Assembly: GCA_036845065.1 (NCBI GenBank)
Contig: DAIUEP010000002.1
Coordinates: forward strand, 8,566 to 67,210
From: Xanthobacteraceae bacterium
GTDB taxonomy: Bacteria > Pseudomonadota > Alphaproteobacteria > Rhizobiales > Xanthobacteraceae
Reading direction: 5' to 3'
Length of the DNA stretch: 58,645 bases
Shown here: piece by piece, positions 35,012 to 43,979 of the stretch
Numbering within the stretch: position 1 is the first letter of the stretch
Layout: the number at the start of each line of letters is the position of its first letter
Notes under the pieces: generated by a model
Database searches by the model: none
What the model saw: only the letters and a program-made list of their open reading frames with translations
Told to the model about the DNA's origin: nothing
Position numbers and translations under genes: made by a program

Positions 35012-36763
35012 ATGCTGGCGCGATCTCCCAACGCTAACATGGCACCGGCGGACGAGGTCGTTGCCGCTTTGAGGCGCTGTCGTCCAGCGTTCATCGGGAT
35101 TGCGATCTTCTCTGCGTGCGTGAATGTGCTGAGTCTGACGGGCTCACTCTATATGTTGCAGATATCGGATCGGATCCTGTCGAGCCGCAGCATCTCCACT
35201 CTTGTCTTCCTGTCGCTGATCGCGCTGGCGGCCTACCTGCTGCAAGGCCTGCTCGATGCGCTGCGCGGTCGAATGCTGGCGCGCGTCGGCGCCAAGTTCA
35301 GCGAATCGCTGATGGGCCGTGTCTATGGCGTTGTGACGTCGCTGTCGCTCAACGGCGTGCGGCCGGCCGTGACCACGCAGGCCATTCGCGATCTCGATCA
35401 GGTTCAGAAATTCCTGTCGGGTTCCGGGCCGACGGCGTTCTTCGACATGCCGTTCATGCCACTGTTCTTCCTTGTCGCATTTTTCATGCATCCGATGTTC
35501 GGCTGGCTGATCGTCGTCGGCGGACTGGTCATCGTCACTCTCTCTATGATGACGGACATTCGCACGCGCAGCCCCACGATGTCGGCCACGATCAGCTCCG
35601 CCGCGCGGCACGCGATCGCGGACGCGAGCTTCCGCAACGCCGAGGTGCTGAAGGCCATGGGCATGACGCGGGTGTTCGCGGCGTCTTTTGTTGCAGCCAA
35701 TGCGCGCTATGCGGCCCATCACCTCGAGGCGAGCGATGTGGCCAGCGGCATCGGCTCGATGGCAAGGATATTTCGTGCCGTCCTGCAGTCGGCCGTGCTC
35801 GGCCTTGGCGCTTACCTCGCGATCATTGGCGAGGTCTCGTCGGGCGCCATGCTTGCGGCATCGATCCTCAGCGCCCGCGCGCTCGCGCCGATCGAGGTCG
35901 CGGTCGCCAACTGGCGCGGCTTCGTCGCATCTCGTCAGGGCTTTGCCCGGCTGCGAAAGCTGATCTCGGAGACAAAGCCGCCGGAAGGCCGGCTCGCGTT
36001 GCCGGACCCGGAGGCGAAGCTTTCGGTTGAGGACATCTACGTCGTTGCTCCCGGGCAGACCAAGCCCATTGTGCGTGGCGTCTCCTTCGCGCTCGAGGCC
36101 GGACAAGGGCTCGCCATCATCGGGCCGAGCGCCTCCGGCAAGTCCACGTTGGCGCGTGCCCTGATCGGAGTCTGGCCGGCAGCCAGGGGGCGAGTGTGCT
36201 TCGATGGCGCGCCGATCGATCACTGGGACAGCGAGCGGCTCGGCCGCCATATCGGCTACCTGCCGCAGAACATCGAGCTGTTTGATGGAACGATCGCGGC
36301 GAACATCGCGCGGTTTGATGCCGATGCCGACGCCCGCGACATCGTTCGGGCGGCCCGCGACGCGGGCGCCCACGAAATGATCCTGCGCTTGCCGGAAGGG
36401 TACGAGACCCGCATCGGCGACGACGGCTCCGCCTTGTCGGCCGGCCAGCGGCAGCGGATCGCGCTGGCGCGCGCGCTTTACGGCAGTCCCTTCGTGACCG
36501 TGCTGGACGAGCCCAATTCGAATCTCGACTCCGAGGGCGAAGAGGCGCTCGTTCAGGCGATGCGGGGCGTGCGCAGCCGTGGCGGCATCATCATCGTGGT
36601 CACGCACCGCCCGACGGCGCTCGAAGGTGTCGACCGGGTGGCCGTCATGATCGAAGGGAGGCTGCAGGCGTTCGGGCCGCGGGACGAAGTGATCAAGCGA
36701 ATGACGCAGTCGGGCCAGCGCCAGTCGGCCCCCGGTGCGCAAGCGGCCGTTCAAACGGCGTAG
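35012..36763 (+). CDS. type I secretion system permease/ATPase (PrtD/HasD type, no C39 domain)
   Basis: Six-TM N-terminal half. Walker A GPSASGKST, signature LSAGQRQRIALARAL, Walker B FVTVLDEPNSNLD. The start is uncertain within 34970-35012. Confidence 0.85.
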   Translation: MLARSPNANMAPADEVVAALRRCRPAFIGIAIFSACVNVLSLTGSLYMLQISDRILSSRSISTLVFLSLIALAAYLLQGLLDALRGRMLARVGAKFSESLMGRVYGVVTSLSLNGVRPAVTTQAIRDLDQVQKFLSGSGPTAFFDMPFMPLFFLVAFFMHPMFGWLIVVGGLVIVTLSMMTDIRTRSPTMSATISSAARHAIADASFRNAEVLKAMGMTRVFAASFVAANARYAAHHLEASDVASGIGSMARIFRAVLQSAVLGLGAYLAIIGEVSSGAMLAASILSARALAPIEVAVANWRGFVASRQGFARLRKLISETKPPEGRLALPDPEAKLSVEDIYVVAPGQTKPIVRGVSFALEAGQGLAIIGPSASGKSTLARALIGVWPAARGRVCFDGAPIDHWDSERLGRHIGYLPQNIELFDGTIAANIARFDADADARDIVRAARDAGAHEMILRLPEGYETRIGDDGSALSAGQRQRIALARALYGSPFVTVLDEPNSNLDSEGEEALVQAMRGVRSRGGIIIVVTHRPTALEGVDRVAVMIEGRLQAFGPRDEVIKRMTQSGQRQSAPGAQAAVQTA

Positions 36764-36771
36764 GGGACGGT

Positions 36772-38529
36772 ATGGTCAATCGCGCGCTGGCAGAAGAGCA
36801 TCGGACGTCGCCGCCGGAAGAGGCGGGCAGACGCACCTTCAAGGATCACTTGCTCCTCGCCTATCGAGAGCGAGAGGCGCTCCTGCACGGTCTGCCGCTG
36901 CCGGAACCATCGGCTGCGGTGATTGATCCCGATGGCGATCGACCGCGTCGGCCGCGCCCCGAGGGATCGCAGCGCGATCACGATCTGCGTCCACGGAACC
37001 TGGCAGGCGATGTGGATCGCCGTTCCCGCGCGCCGATGATCAACGCCCATCGAGAGCTCAATTTGCGCGAGGCCGGCAATGCAGGCCAGCTCAGCGCGAC
37101 GCGCAGGAGCGGCCGGACGGCGGTCCAGTCGGATATCGTCGCCGCCGCGAAAACCGTCGCCGGCGCCGCGAGCAGGCTTCCGTCAATCGTGATTCGCAAT
37201 GTCGCGGACACGTTTGCCGCATCGCCCGCGTCGGAGACCGACCACGACGTTGCCTTGCACAAGCTGTGGCGACGCGGCTTGGCGTTCATTGCGGTCTTCG
37301 GCGGCGCGCTCGGCTTCTGGGCAATCGCGACGACGATGTCGAGCGCGGTGATCGCTCCCGGACAATTCGTCGTCGACGGCAGCGTCAAGAAGGTTCAGCA
37401 CCCGACCGGAGGCATCGTCGGCCAGCTGCTGGTGCGCGAGGGCGATCAGGTCGCGCAGGGCGACCTGTTGATCAGGCTCGATGAGACGGTCACGCGTGCC
37501 AATCTCCAGGTGCTCGTGCGGCAGCTTCAGGAGCTGGCCAGCCGCAAGGCGCGGCTCGAAGCCGAGCGGGACGAGCTGGACGCGATCAGCCTGCCGCCCG
37601 AGCTGGCTGGGCAACTCTCCGATCCCGAGATCGCCCGCATCGTCGCGGCCGAGCAGAAGATGTTTCAGGCCCGCCGGATGTCGCGCGAAAGCCAGCGCGC
37701 ACAGCTCGCGAAGCGGGTGGCTCAGCTGCAGAACGAGATCAGCGGACTGCGCTCGCAGCTCGACGCCAACGCGCGCGAGAGCCAGATCATTGCCGAGGAG
37801 CTCAAAGGGGTGCGCGAGCTGTTCGCGAAACAGCTGACCCCGATCATGCGGCTCAATGGGCTCGAACGCCAAGCCGTCAGTCTGAACGGGCAGAACGGGC
37901 AGCTTATCGCCTCGATCGCGCAGACCGAGGGAAAGATCGCCGAAATCGAGCTGCAGATCGTTCAGACCGGAGAGGATCTGTTCGCCTCGATCCAGAAAGA
38001 GCTGCGCGAGGTCGATGGCAGGTTCGCCGAGCTATCGGAGCGGCGCGTCACCGCCGAGGACCAGCTCAAGCGGGTTGAGCTGCGAGCCCCAAGCGCCGGC
38101 ACCGTGCACCAGCTTGCCGTGCACACCGTCGGCGGGGTCATTACCCCGGCAGAGCCCGCCATGCTCATCGTTCCCACCAACGAGGAATTGATCCTGGAGG
38201 CGAAGGTGGCGCCGCAGGATCGCGATCAGCTGCAGCCCGGCCAGAACGTGGTGGTGCGCGTGCGCTCGTCCAACCAGAGGAATACGCCTGAGCTCAATGG
38301 CACCCTTGTGCGCGTAGCGGCCGATGTCTCGAAGGAGGCTTCCGCCACGACGCCGACCTACACGGTCTGGGTCAACATCCCGAAGGCGGAGATGGCGCGG
38401 CTGGGTGCGGTCAGCGTTACCGCCGGCATGCAAGCCGACGCTTTCATCGAGATCGGATCGCGGTCGCCGCTCAATTACCTGTTGCGGCCGCTGTCCGACC
38501 AGGTGTCTCGAGCTTTCAGGGAGCGTTGA
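36772..38529 (+). CDS. HlyD-family type I secretion membrane-fusion protein with long N-terminal extension
   Basis: A single TM (LAFIAVFGGALGFWAIATT), then GQFVVDGSVKKVQHPTGGIVGQLLVREGDQV, coiled coil, and a C-terminal barrel. The ATG lies 8 nt after the ABC stop, preceded by AGGGGA. Confidence 0.8.
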   Translation: MVNRALAEEHRTSPPEEAGRRTFKDHLLLAYREREALLHGLPLPEPSAAVIDPDGDRPRRPRPEGSQRDHDLRPRNLAGDVDRRSRAPMINAHRELNLREAGNAGQLSATRRSGRTAVQSDIVAAAKTVAGAASRLPSIVIRNVADTFAASPASETDHDVALHKLWRRGLAFIAVFGGALGFWAIATTMSSAVIAPGQFVVDGSVKKVQHPTGGIVGQLLVREGDQVAQGDLLIRLDETVTRANLQVLVRQLQELASRKARLEAERDELDAISLPPELAGQLSDPEIARIVAAEQKMFQARRMSRESQRAQLAKRVAQLQNEISGLRSQLDANARESQIIAEELKGVRELFAKQLTPIMRLNGLERQAVSLNGQNGQLIASIAQTEGKIAEIELQIVQTGEDLFASIQKELREVDGRFAELSERRVTAEDQLKRVELRAPSAGTVHQLAVHTVGGVITPAEPAMLIVPTNEELILEAKVAPQDRDQLQPGQNVVVRVRSSNQRNTPELNGTLVRVAADVSKEASATTPTYTVWVNIPKAEMARLGAVSVTAGMQADAFIEIGSRSPLNYLLRPLSDQVSRAFRER

Positions 38530-38666
38530 GGAAGCGCGCAAGGTTCGCGGAGGCATGGTCTCGATCATGCTCAACAGAAAGCCTGATCGCGATCCGAAAT
38601 GTTTACGAGTTCGGATCGTGGTCGGGCGCGCCGGTCGTTTCTGGACGGGTAGGGGAGTCATTGAGG

Positions 38667-40016
38667 ATGCCGGGTTACAGGGATTTGGGCTGCACGGATT
38701 TCGTGCCGAACGTCATTGCGCTTGCGATGATGGCGTTGACGATCGGCGGCACCGGCGCTACCGCGGAGACACTCCCCGGTGTCCTCGCGAAGGCCTTTCA
38801 GAACAATCCGCAATTGAATGCACAGCGCGCCTTCGTGCGCCAGACCGGCGAGCAGGTCAACATTGCGTTGTCGGGCTACCAGCCGAAGATCAGCGCAACC
38901 GCGAGCGGAGGGCCGCAATACACCGACAGCAAGTTCCGCAACGTCGACCCGCGCAAGCGCGACCGGCTCCATGGTGGCAGCGTCGGGGTGACGGCATCGC
39001 AGCCTCTCTTCGACGGCTTTCGGACGCCCAATCAGGTCGAGGCGGCCGAGGGCAATGTTGCGGCGGCGCGCGAGGTCCTGCGGGTGATGACGCAGCAGGT
39101 TCTGGTCGACGCGACGACCGCGTATATGAACGTGCTGCGCGACAGCGCAGTATCACAACTGCAGCGGCACAATGTCGATATGCTGGAGGAGCAGCTGCGT
39201 CACACGCGTCAGCGGCTGATGGTCCGGGAGGTGACGACCACCGACGTGTCGCAGACGGAATCGCGTCTGGCGGGCGCGCGCTGGCAGCGGCTTGCTGCCG
39301 ATTCTGCGCTCAACGCCTCACGGGCGGCCTATCGGCGGGTGATCGGCGAGGAGCAGACCGAGGTCTTGGCGCCGCCGACGACCGTGGACTCCATGTCGCC
39401 ACCGAACCTGAACGAGGCGGTGGCCGCCGCGCTGAAGGTCAACCCATCAATCATGGCCGCGCAGCTCGGCATCGATGTCGCGGCTTTGCAGGTCAAGATC
39501 TCTGAGGGCGCGCTGTATCCGACGGCCAAGCTCGATGTCGGCGCCCAGCAGTCCTTTGGGTCGACGGCGCAACTCGAGCGGCAGTTCGCGGCGGGGGCCT
39601 TCGTCACGTTGTCAGTGCCGATCTATCAGGGCGGCGCCGAATATGCCTCGATCCGCGAGTCCAAGGAGGCGCTTGGCCAGAAACGGTTCGACCTCGACCG
39701 CGTCCGCGATCAGGTCCGCGCGGGCGTGGTGGAGGCATGGGGGCAGGTGACAGCGACGAAAGGGCAGATCGAGGCCGCGCAGGCGCAGGTGAAGGCGGCG
39801 CGCGACGCGCTCAACGGCGTGCTGCAGGAGGCGCGCGCCGGCCAGCGCACGACGCTCGACGTGCTCAACGCCCAGCAGGAGCTGGTCAACGCGCAGGTGA
39901 CGCTGACCGCGACCCAGCGCGATCGCGTGGTGACGTCCTATGCGCTGGCCGCCGCAGTGGGACGGCTGGAGCCGGAGGTCTTGCGCCTGCCGGTCGCGGT
40001 CGCGGACCGGAGATAG
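38667..40016 (+). CDS. TolC-family outer membrane protein of the T1SS
   Basis: Signal-like N-terminus, then LPGVLAKAFQNNPQLNAQRA and a duplicated OEP repeat architecture. It ends with RLP... Confidence 0.8.
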   Translation: MPGYRDLGCTDFVPNVIALAMMALTIGGTGATAETLPGVLAKAFQNNPQLNAQRAFVRQTGEQVNIALSGYQPKISATASGGPQYTDSKFRNVDPRKRDRLHGGSVGVTASQPLFDGFRTPNQVEAAEGNVAAAREVLRVMTQQVLVDATTAYMNVLRDSAVSQLQRHNVDMLEEQLRHTRQRLMVREVTTTDVSQTESRLAGARWQRLAADSALNASRAAYRRVIGEEQTEVLAPPTTVDSMSPPNLNEAVAAALKVNPSIMAAQLGIDVAALQVKISEGALYPTAKLDVGAQQSFGSTAQLERQFAAGAFVTLSVPIYQGGAEYASIRESKEALGQKRFDLDRVRDQVRAGVVEAWGQVTATKGQIEAAQAQVKAARDALNGVLQEARAGQRTTLDVLNAQQELVNAQVTLTATQRDRVVTSYALAAAVGRLEPEVLRLPVAVADRR

Positions 40017-40020
40017 CATT

Positions 40021-40060
40021 GCCTCGGCCGCCACATCCCGTGTGCGTCAGCGGCCGAGGC
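40021..40060. terminator. 11-bp-stem hairpin between convergent genes
   Basis: GCCTCGGCCGC (40021-40031) pairs with GCGGCCGAGGC (40050-40060). No U-tract. Confidence 0.45.
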
Positions 40061-40075
40061 GGCTGGCGAGAAGCG

Positions 40076-40639
40076 CTATGCCCGCCGCTTTCGTCCGGTT
40101 ATCATCGCCTTCACCAGGTTTTCGTGGTGCGCAAAGCTGGTGACGACTACGCCGAGGACATGCAGGACGACCAGGCCGACGGTCGCGTTGGCGAGCAGCT
40201 CGTGGACCTCTTCCACCCATTTGGCTCCCCAATAGGCGTCGGTGGTCATCATGTAGCCGGTGACACACGTTGCGATCAGGGTCGTGACGAGGGCGACGAT
40301 CATGGCGCCCCCAGCCGGGTTATGACCGAGGTAGCGCGGGGCCCTGAACAGAGCGACATCGCGCATGTAGGACAGCACCTCGCGCGGTGATCGGATAAAG
40401 TCGGTGAACCGCGCATGGGTGGGACCAACGAAGCCCCAGACGATCCGCAGCGCCAGAAGGATGCCGATGGCGTAGCCCGCCGCGATGTGCACCTTCTCGA
40501 GCTCGTCACCGGTCGCATACGCGAGGACGAAAAGGAAAACCAGCGACCAGTGGAACACGCGCACGAACAGGTCCCAGACCTTGACCGTTGCCGGCGGCGT
40601 TGCGCCGCCGGCTTCGATCGTGTTTGTCACGATGCTCAT
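40076..40639 (-). CDS. cytochrome b561 / Ni-Fe-hydrogenase-type b cytochrome family membrane protein
   Basis: VWDLFVRVFHWSLVFLFVLAY...HIAAGYAIG...GHNPAGGAMIV...EVHELLANATVGLVVLHVLG has four TM helices with conserved His. Confidence 0.8.
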   Translation of the reverse strand: MSIVTNTIEAGGATPPATVKVWDLFVRVFHWSLVFLFVLAYATGDELEKVHIAAGYAIGILLALRIVWGFVGPTHARFTDFIRSPREVLSYMRDVALFRAPRYLGHNPAGGAMIVALVTTLIATCVTGYMMTTDAYWGAKWVEEVHELLANATVGLVVLHVLGVVVTSFAHHENLVKAMITGRKRRA

Positions 40640-40650
40640 GGTTGGGGTCG

Positions 40651-40932
40651 CTACAGCTGACCGACGATCGCGCCGTTGGTGGGGTCGACGAACAGCTCGA
40701 CGCGATTGCCGCTCTTGTCGATGGTGTAGAGCTCGCCGCAGCCCTTGCTCAGCTTGGCCTTCTGCACCTTGTAGCCGAGCGCCTCGACCTTGCTCTGCAG
40801 CGCTGCCATCGGCAGCCATTCGCTCTGAGGTGCTGCCGTGCAGGGACGTCCCAGGCTTCCCGCCTCGGCCAGGCTGGCGATGCCGATGGCGGCGAGAGCG
40901 GCGGCAACGGTGAAAACGGTGATCTTGCGCAT
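40651..40932 (-). CDS. PepSY domain-containing secreted protein
   Basis: Signal peptide, then ...LQSKVEALGYKVQKAKLSKGCGELYTIDKSGNRVELFVDPTNGAIV. Confidence 0.7.
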   Translation of the reverse strand: MRKITVFTVAAALAAIGIASLAEAGSLGRPCTAAPQSEWLPMAALQSKVEALGYKVQKAKLSKGCGELYTIDKSGNRVELFVDPTNGAIVGQL

Positions 40933-41056
40933 GGAGGGTCTCCGGTTGGTTCGCCCGTCGCGGGATGCGGCGAGCGGTGAGCGGAGACTGCCCGAAACCG
41001 GCTGACCGGCCGCTGTTGATCCATGTCAGGAAAATGTCAGGTCGTTTGCGCCATTT

Positions 41057-41401
41057 TTGGCCATGGTCACACGACGAACGAGCGCGCGCCGCATGCCCGG
41101 CTTCTTGATGGCAGCCCTCACCATGGTCGGCGTCGGGATGACCGCTGTGCCGGCCGGCGCGCGGGACCATCGCGATCATGATGCGGTCCGGCAGGCGGTG
41201 GAGCGCGGAGAAATCCGCCCCCTGGCCGACATCCTGGCGGCGGTGCGCGGCCAGTTGCCGGGCGAGGTGGTGGGCGTCGAGGTCGAGCACAAGAACGGCC
41301 ACTGGCTCTATGAGCTCAGGGTTGCCGATCGTTCGGGACGCTTGTTTGACGTTTACGTCGATGCTCGCACGGCGCGCATCGAGCGGATCAAGGAGAAATA
41401 A
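41057..41401 (+). CDS. PepSY domain-containing protein
   Basis: Signal/anchor, then IRPLADILAAVRGQLPGEVVGVEVEHKNGHWLYELRVADRSGRLFDVYVDARTARI. Confidence 0.7.
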   Translation: MAMVTRRTSARRMPGFLMAALTMVGVGMTAVPAGARDHRDHDAVRQAVERGEIRPLADILAAVRGQLPGEVVGVEVEHKNGHWLYELRVADRSGRLFDVYVDARTARIERIKEK

Positions 41402-42066
41402 TGCGGCTGCTGCTGGTCGAGGACGATCCCAGGATTGCACGGGATATCGAGCGCGTGCTCGAGGCCAATGGCTATGTGGTGGAGATCGTGCGCGATGGCG
41501 AGGAGGCCTGGTTCCGCGGCGACACCGAGGACTATGGCGCGGTCATTCTCGATCTTGGTCTGCCCAAGATGGACGGGCTGTCGGTGTTGAAGCGATGGCG
41601 CGCCAACGGGCGGCGGATGCCGGTCCTGATCCTGACCGCGCGCGGAAGCTGGGCGGAGCGCGTCGATGGCATCGATGCGGGTGCCGACGACTACCTGCCG
41701 AAGCCCTTCCACATGGAGGAGCTCTTGTCCCGCCTGCGCGCGATTGTCCGCCGATCGGCCGGCCATGCGACCTCGGTGGTCACCACGGGCGGCATCACCC
41801 TTGACGAGCGACAGATGAAGGTCAGCGTCCGGGGCACGCCGATTACGCTGTCGCCACTCGAATATCGCGTCATCGCCTATCTGTTGCTGCATCGCGGCCG
41901 GGTCGTATCGCAGCAGGAGCTAGACGAGAATGTCTACGGTCATGGCGAGGATCATGACTCGAACGCATTGGAGGTTCTGGTCGGTCGGGTTCGCAAGAAG
42001 GTCGGCCCCGACCTGATCGAGACTCGACGAGGTTTCGGCTATCTCATACCGGAGCCGGCGGGATGA
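41401..42066 (+). CDS. OmpR-family response regulator
   Basis: Receiver domain MRLLLVEDDPRIA...VILDLGLPKMDG...ADDYLPKPF with a winged-helix C-terminus (RGFGYLI). Confidence 0.9.
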   Translation: MRLLLVEDDPRIARDIERVLEANGYVVEIVRDGEEAWFRGDTEDYGAVILDLGLPKMDGLSVLKRWRANGRRMPVLILTARGSWAERVDGIDAGADDYLPKPFHMEELLSRLRAIVRRSAGHATSVVTTGGITLDERQMKVSVRGTPITLSPLEYRVIAYLLLHRGRVVSQQELDENVYGHGEDHDSNALEVLVGRVRKKVGPDLIETRRGFGYLIPEPAG

Positions 42067-43448
42067 GACGGACCTCGCTGCGGCTGCGGCTGATTGCGGG
42101 CGGGGTCTTGGCGCTCCTGGTCGCGCTCACCATCGCGGGCGGCGGGCTGATCGTTCTGTTCGAGCGTCATGTCGCGCGCACGGTGGCCGACGATCTCACC
42201 GTCCATCTCAACCAGTTGCTCTCGGCCATCGAAGTCAACGCCAACGGCGAGCTTGTGCTGCTGCGCACCCCCTCAGACCCCCGCTTTGCCGAGCCGCTCT
42301 CCGGGCTCTACTGGCAGATCGCCGATGACCGCGGCCAGCTGCTGCGCTCGCGGTCGCTGTGGGATACGACGCTGGCGCTGCCGCTCGATGCCCTTTCGCC
42401 GGGTGACGTTCATCTGCATCAGATGGTCGGGCCGGCGAACGCGGGTGTGCTGGTTGCGGAGCGAAGCGTCGGCCTCACCGTTGGCGATCAGCGCGTGCCG
42501 GTGCGGGTCGCAGTGGCGGCCGATCTTGCCCGCGTGTCGGCGGCGACGGCTGCCTTCGCGCGTGACTTGATCATTGCACTTGTCCTCCTGGGCCTGGTGC
42601 TGGCGATTGCCACCGCGGTTCAGGTCGCTCTCGGGCTGCGACCGCTTGATGCGCTGCGGCGCGCTGTCATCGACATCAGGGCAAGCCGCAGCCGTCAGCT
42701 GCCTGCGGCGGCTCCGGCGGAAGTCCAGCCGCTGGTCGAGGAGATCAACGCTCTGCTCGATGAGCAGGAGCGTGAGATCGAGCGCTCGCGCAGCCGGGCG
42801 GCGGATCTTGCGCACGGCCTCAAGACGCCTTTGGCGGCGCTCGCGGCTGACGTTCGTCGTCTCAAGGAGCAGGGCGAGGGGGCGATCGCCCGCGACATCG
42901 AAAGCCTGGGCGAGGCCATGAGCCGCCATGTCGACCGGGAGCTGGCGCGCGCGCGTGCGCGCGGCGCGGTGCGGCAGCGCGCGGGCCTGTCGACGGCGCT
43001 GGCGCCGCTTGTCCATTCGCTCATCGCAACGCTGGCGCGGACGCCATCCGGCGCTCGCGTCGTGTTTGAGCCGCACATTGCCGACGATCTCGTCATGCCG
43101 TTCGATCGGGCCGACCTTGCAGAAGTGCTCGGAAACCTTCTTGAAAATGCAGCGCGCCACGCGAAATCGCGCGTCTGCATCGCGGCGAGCGCTGGGCCTG
43201 CCGGTCGCACGGTCACGATCGAGGACGATGGGCGGGGGATTGCGCCGGCTGCGCGATCGCGGGTGGTCGAGCGCGGTGTCCGTCTTGACGAACGGGACGA
43301 GGGCGCGGGGCTGGGGCTCGCCATCGCGCAGGATGTGCTTGACGCCTATGGCTGGCGGCTCGATCTGGCGTCGTCGGCGCGGCTCGGCGGTCTGCGTGTA
43401 ACGCTGTCGCCGGCCGTCTCTCGCTCGGCAAACCTCGAAGCGGCCTGA
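42063..43448 (+). CDS. sensor histidine kinase (two TM, periplasmic sensor, HAMP, HisKA, HATPase)
   Basis: H-box AADLAHGLKTPLAAL, N-box GNLLENAARHA, G-boxes IEDDGRGI and GAGLGLAIA. A 4-nt overlap with the response regulator gene. Confidence 0.9.
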   Translation: MRRTSLRLRLIAGGVLALLVALTIAGGGLIVLFERHVARTVADDLTVHLNQLLSAIEVNANGELVLLRTPSDPRFAEPLSGLYWQIADDRGQLLRSRSLWDTTLALPLDALSPGDVHLHQMVGPANAGVLVAERSVGLTVGDQRVPVRVAVAADLARVSAATAAFARDLIIALVLLGLVLAIATAVQVALGLRPLDALRRAVIDIRASRSRQLPAAAPAEVQPLVEEINALLDEQEREIERSRSRAADLAHGLKTPLAALAADVRRLKEQGEGAIARDIESLGEAMSRHVDRELARARARGAVRQRAGLSTALAPLVHSLIATLARTPSGARVVFEPHIADDLVMPFDRADLAEVLGNLLENAARHAKSRVCIAASAGPAGRTVTIEDDGRGIAPAARSRVVERGVRLDERDEGAGLGLAIAQDVLDAYGWRLDLASSARLGGLRVTLSPAVSRSANLEAA

Positions 43449-43558
43449 CCGCGCAAGCTGACAATTGGCTGACAAGCCCTGTCAGGCGCCTGAAGCGGGC
43501 AGCTTGCTACACATCCCTCAGGACGGCACGAGCCGTTCCCAAAGATGGGAGAACCAAC

Positions 43559-43852
43559 ATGCGCAAGTTCGTTATTCTCGCCACCCTCGCCACTCTCGGT
43601 GCCACGATCGTCTCGGCCGCTGCCGCCAATGCGGAGCGCGCTTGCCGGCAGAGCCGCGAGACGAAAGCGATCGCGGCTGACGACATGAAAGCGCGGATCG
43701 ACAAGCTCGGCTATGACGTTCGCCGCCTCAAGAGCGACGACGGTTGCTTCCGGACCACCATTGTCGACCGCAACAGCGGCGGCGCCGTGCGGGCGCTCTT
43801 CAACGCCGCAACTGGTGAGCTCGTGCGCGCGAGCCTGGCGTCGCGGGAATGA
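43559..43852 (+). CDS. PepSY domain-containing secreted protein
   Basis: Signal peptide, then MKARIDKLGYDVRRLKSDDGCFRTTIVDRNSGGAVRALFNAATGELV. It is paralogous to 40651-40932. Confidence 0.7.
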   Translation: MRKFVILATLATLGATIVSAAAANAERACRQSRETKAIAADDMKARIDKLGYDVRRLKSDDGCFRTTIVDRNSGGAVRALFNAATGELVRASLASRE

Positions 43853-43900
43853 ACCGCGAGTATGTGACTGAGACTGATGGAGCGACAGCGTTTCCGACTT

Positions 43901-43932
43901 GGCGCCGCCGGCCCAGACAGGCCGGTGGCGCC
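43901..43932. terminator. 13-bp-stem hairpin between convergent genes
   Basis: GGCGCCGCCGGCC pairs with GGCCGGTGGCGCC (one G-U pair) around a CAGACA loop. Confidence 0.45.
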
Positions 43933-43979
43933 GACGCGCGTCGGGATCAGTCGCGCTCTGGCGGATGTGCCTCTGACGT

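Noticed and set aside
35144-36754. 536-aa minus-strand ORF, and 35116-36030 plus-strand alternate frame
   Set aside because: Both overlap the T1SS ABC gene, which has unambiguous Walker A/B and signature motifs in its own frame.
40076-41440. 454-aa ORF read as a single protein
   Set aside because: Only the last 187 aa form the cytochrome b561-type protein. The upstream extension overlaps the PepSY gene in another frame and is Arg/Pro-rich.
42273-43475. 400-aa minus-strand ORF
   Set aside because: It lies antisense to the histidine kinase, whose H, N and G boxes are in the plus frame.
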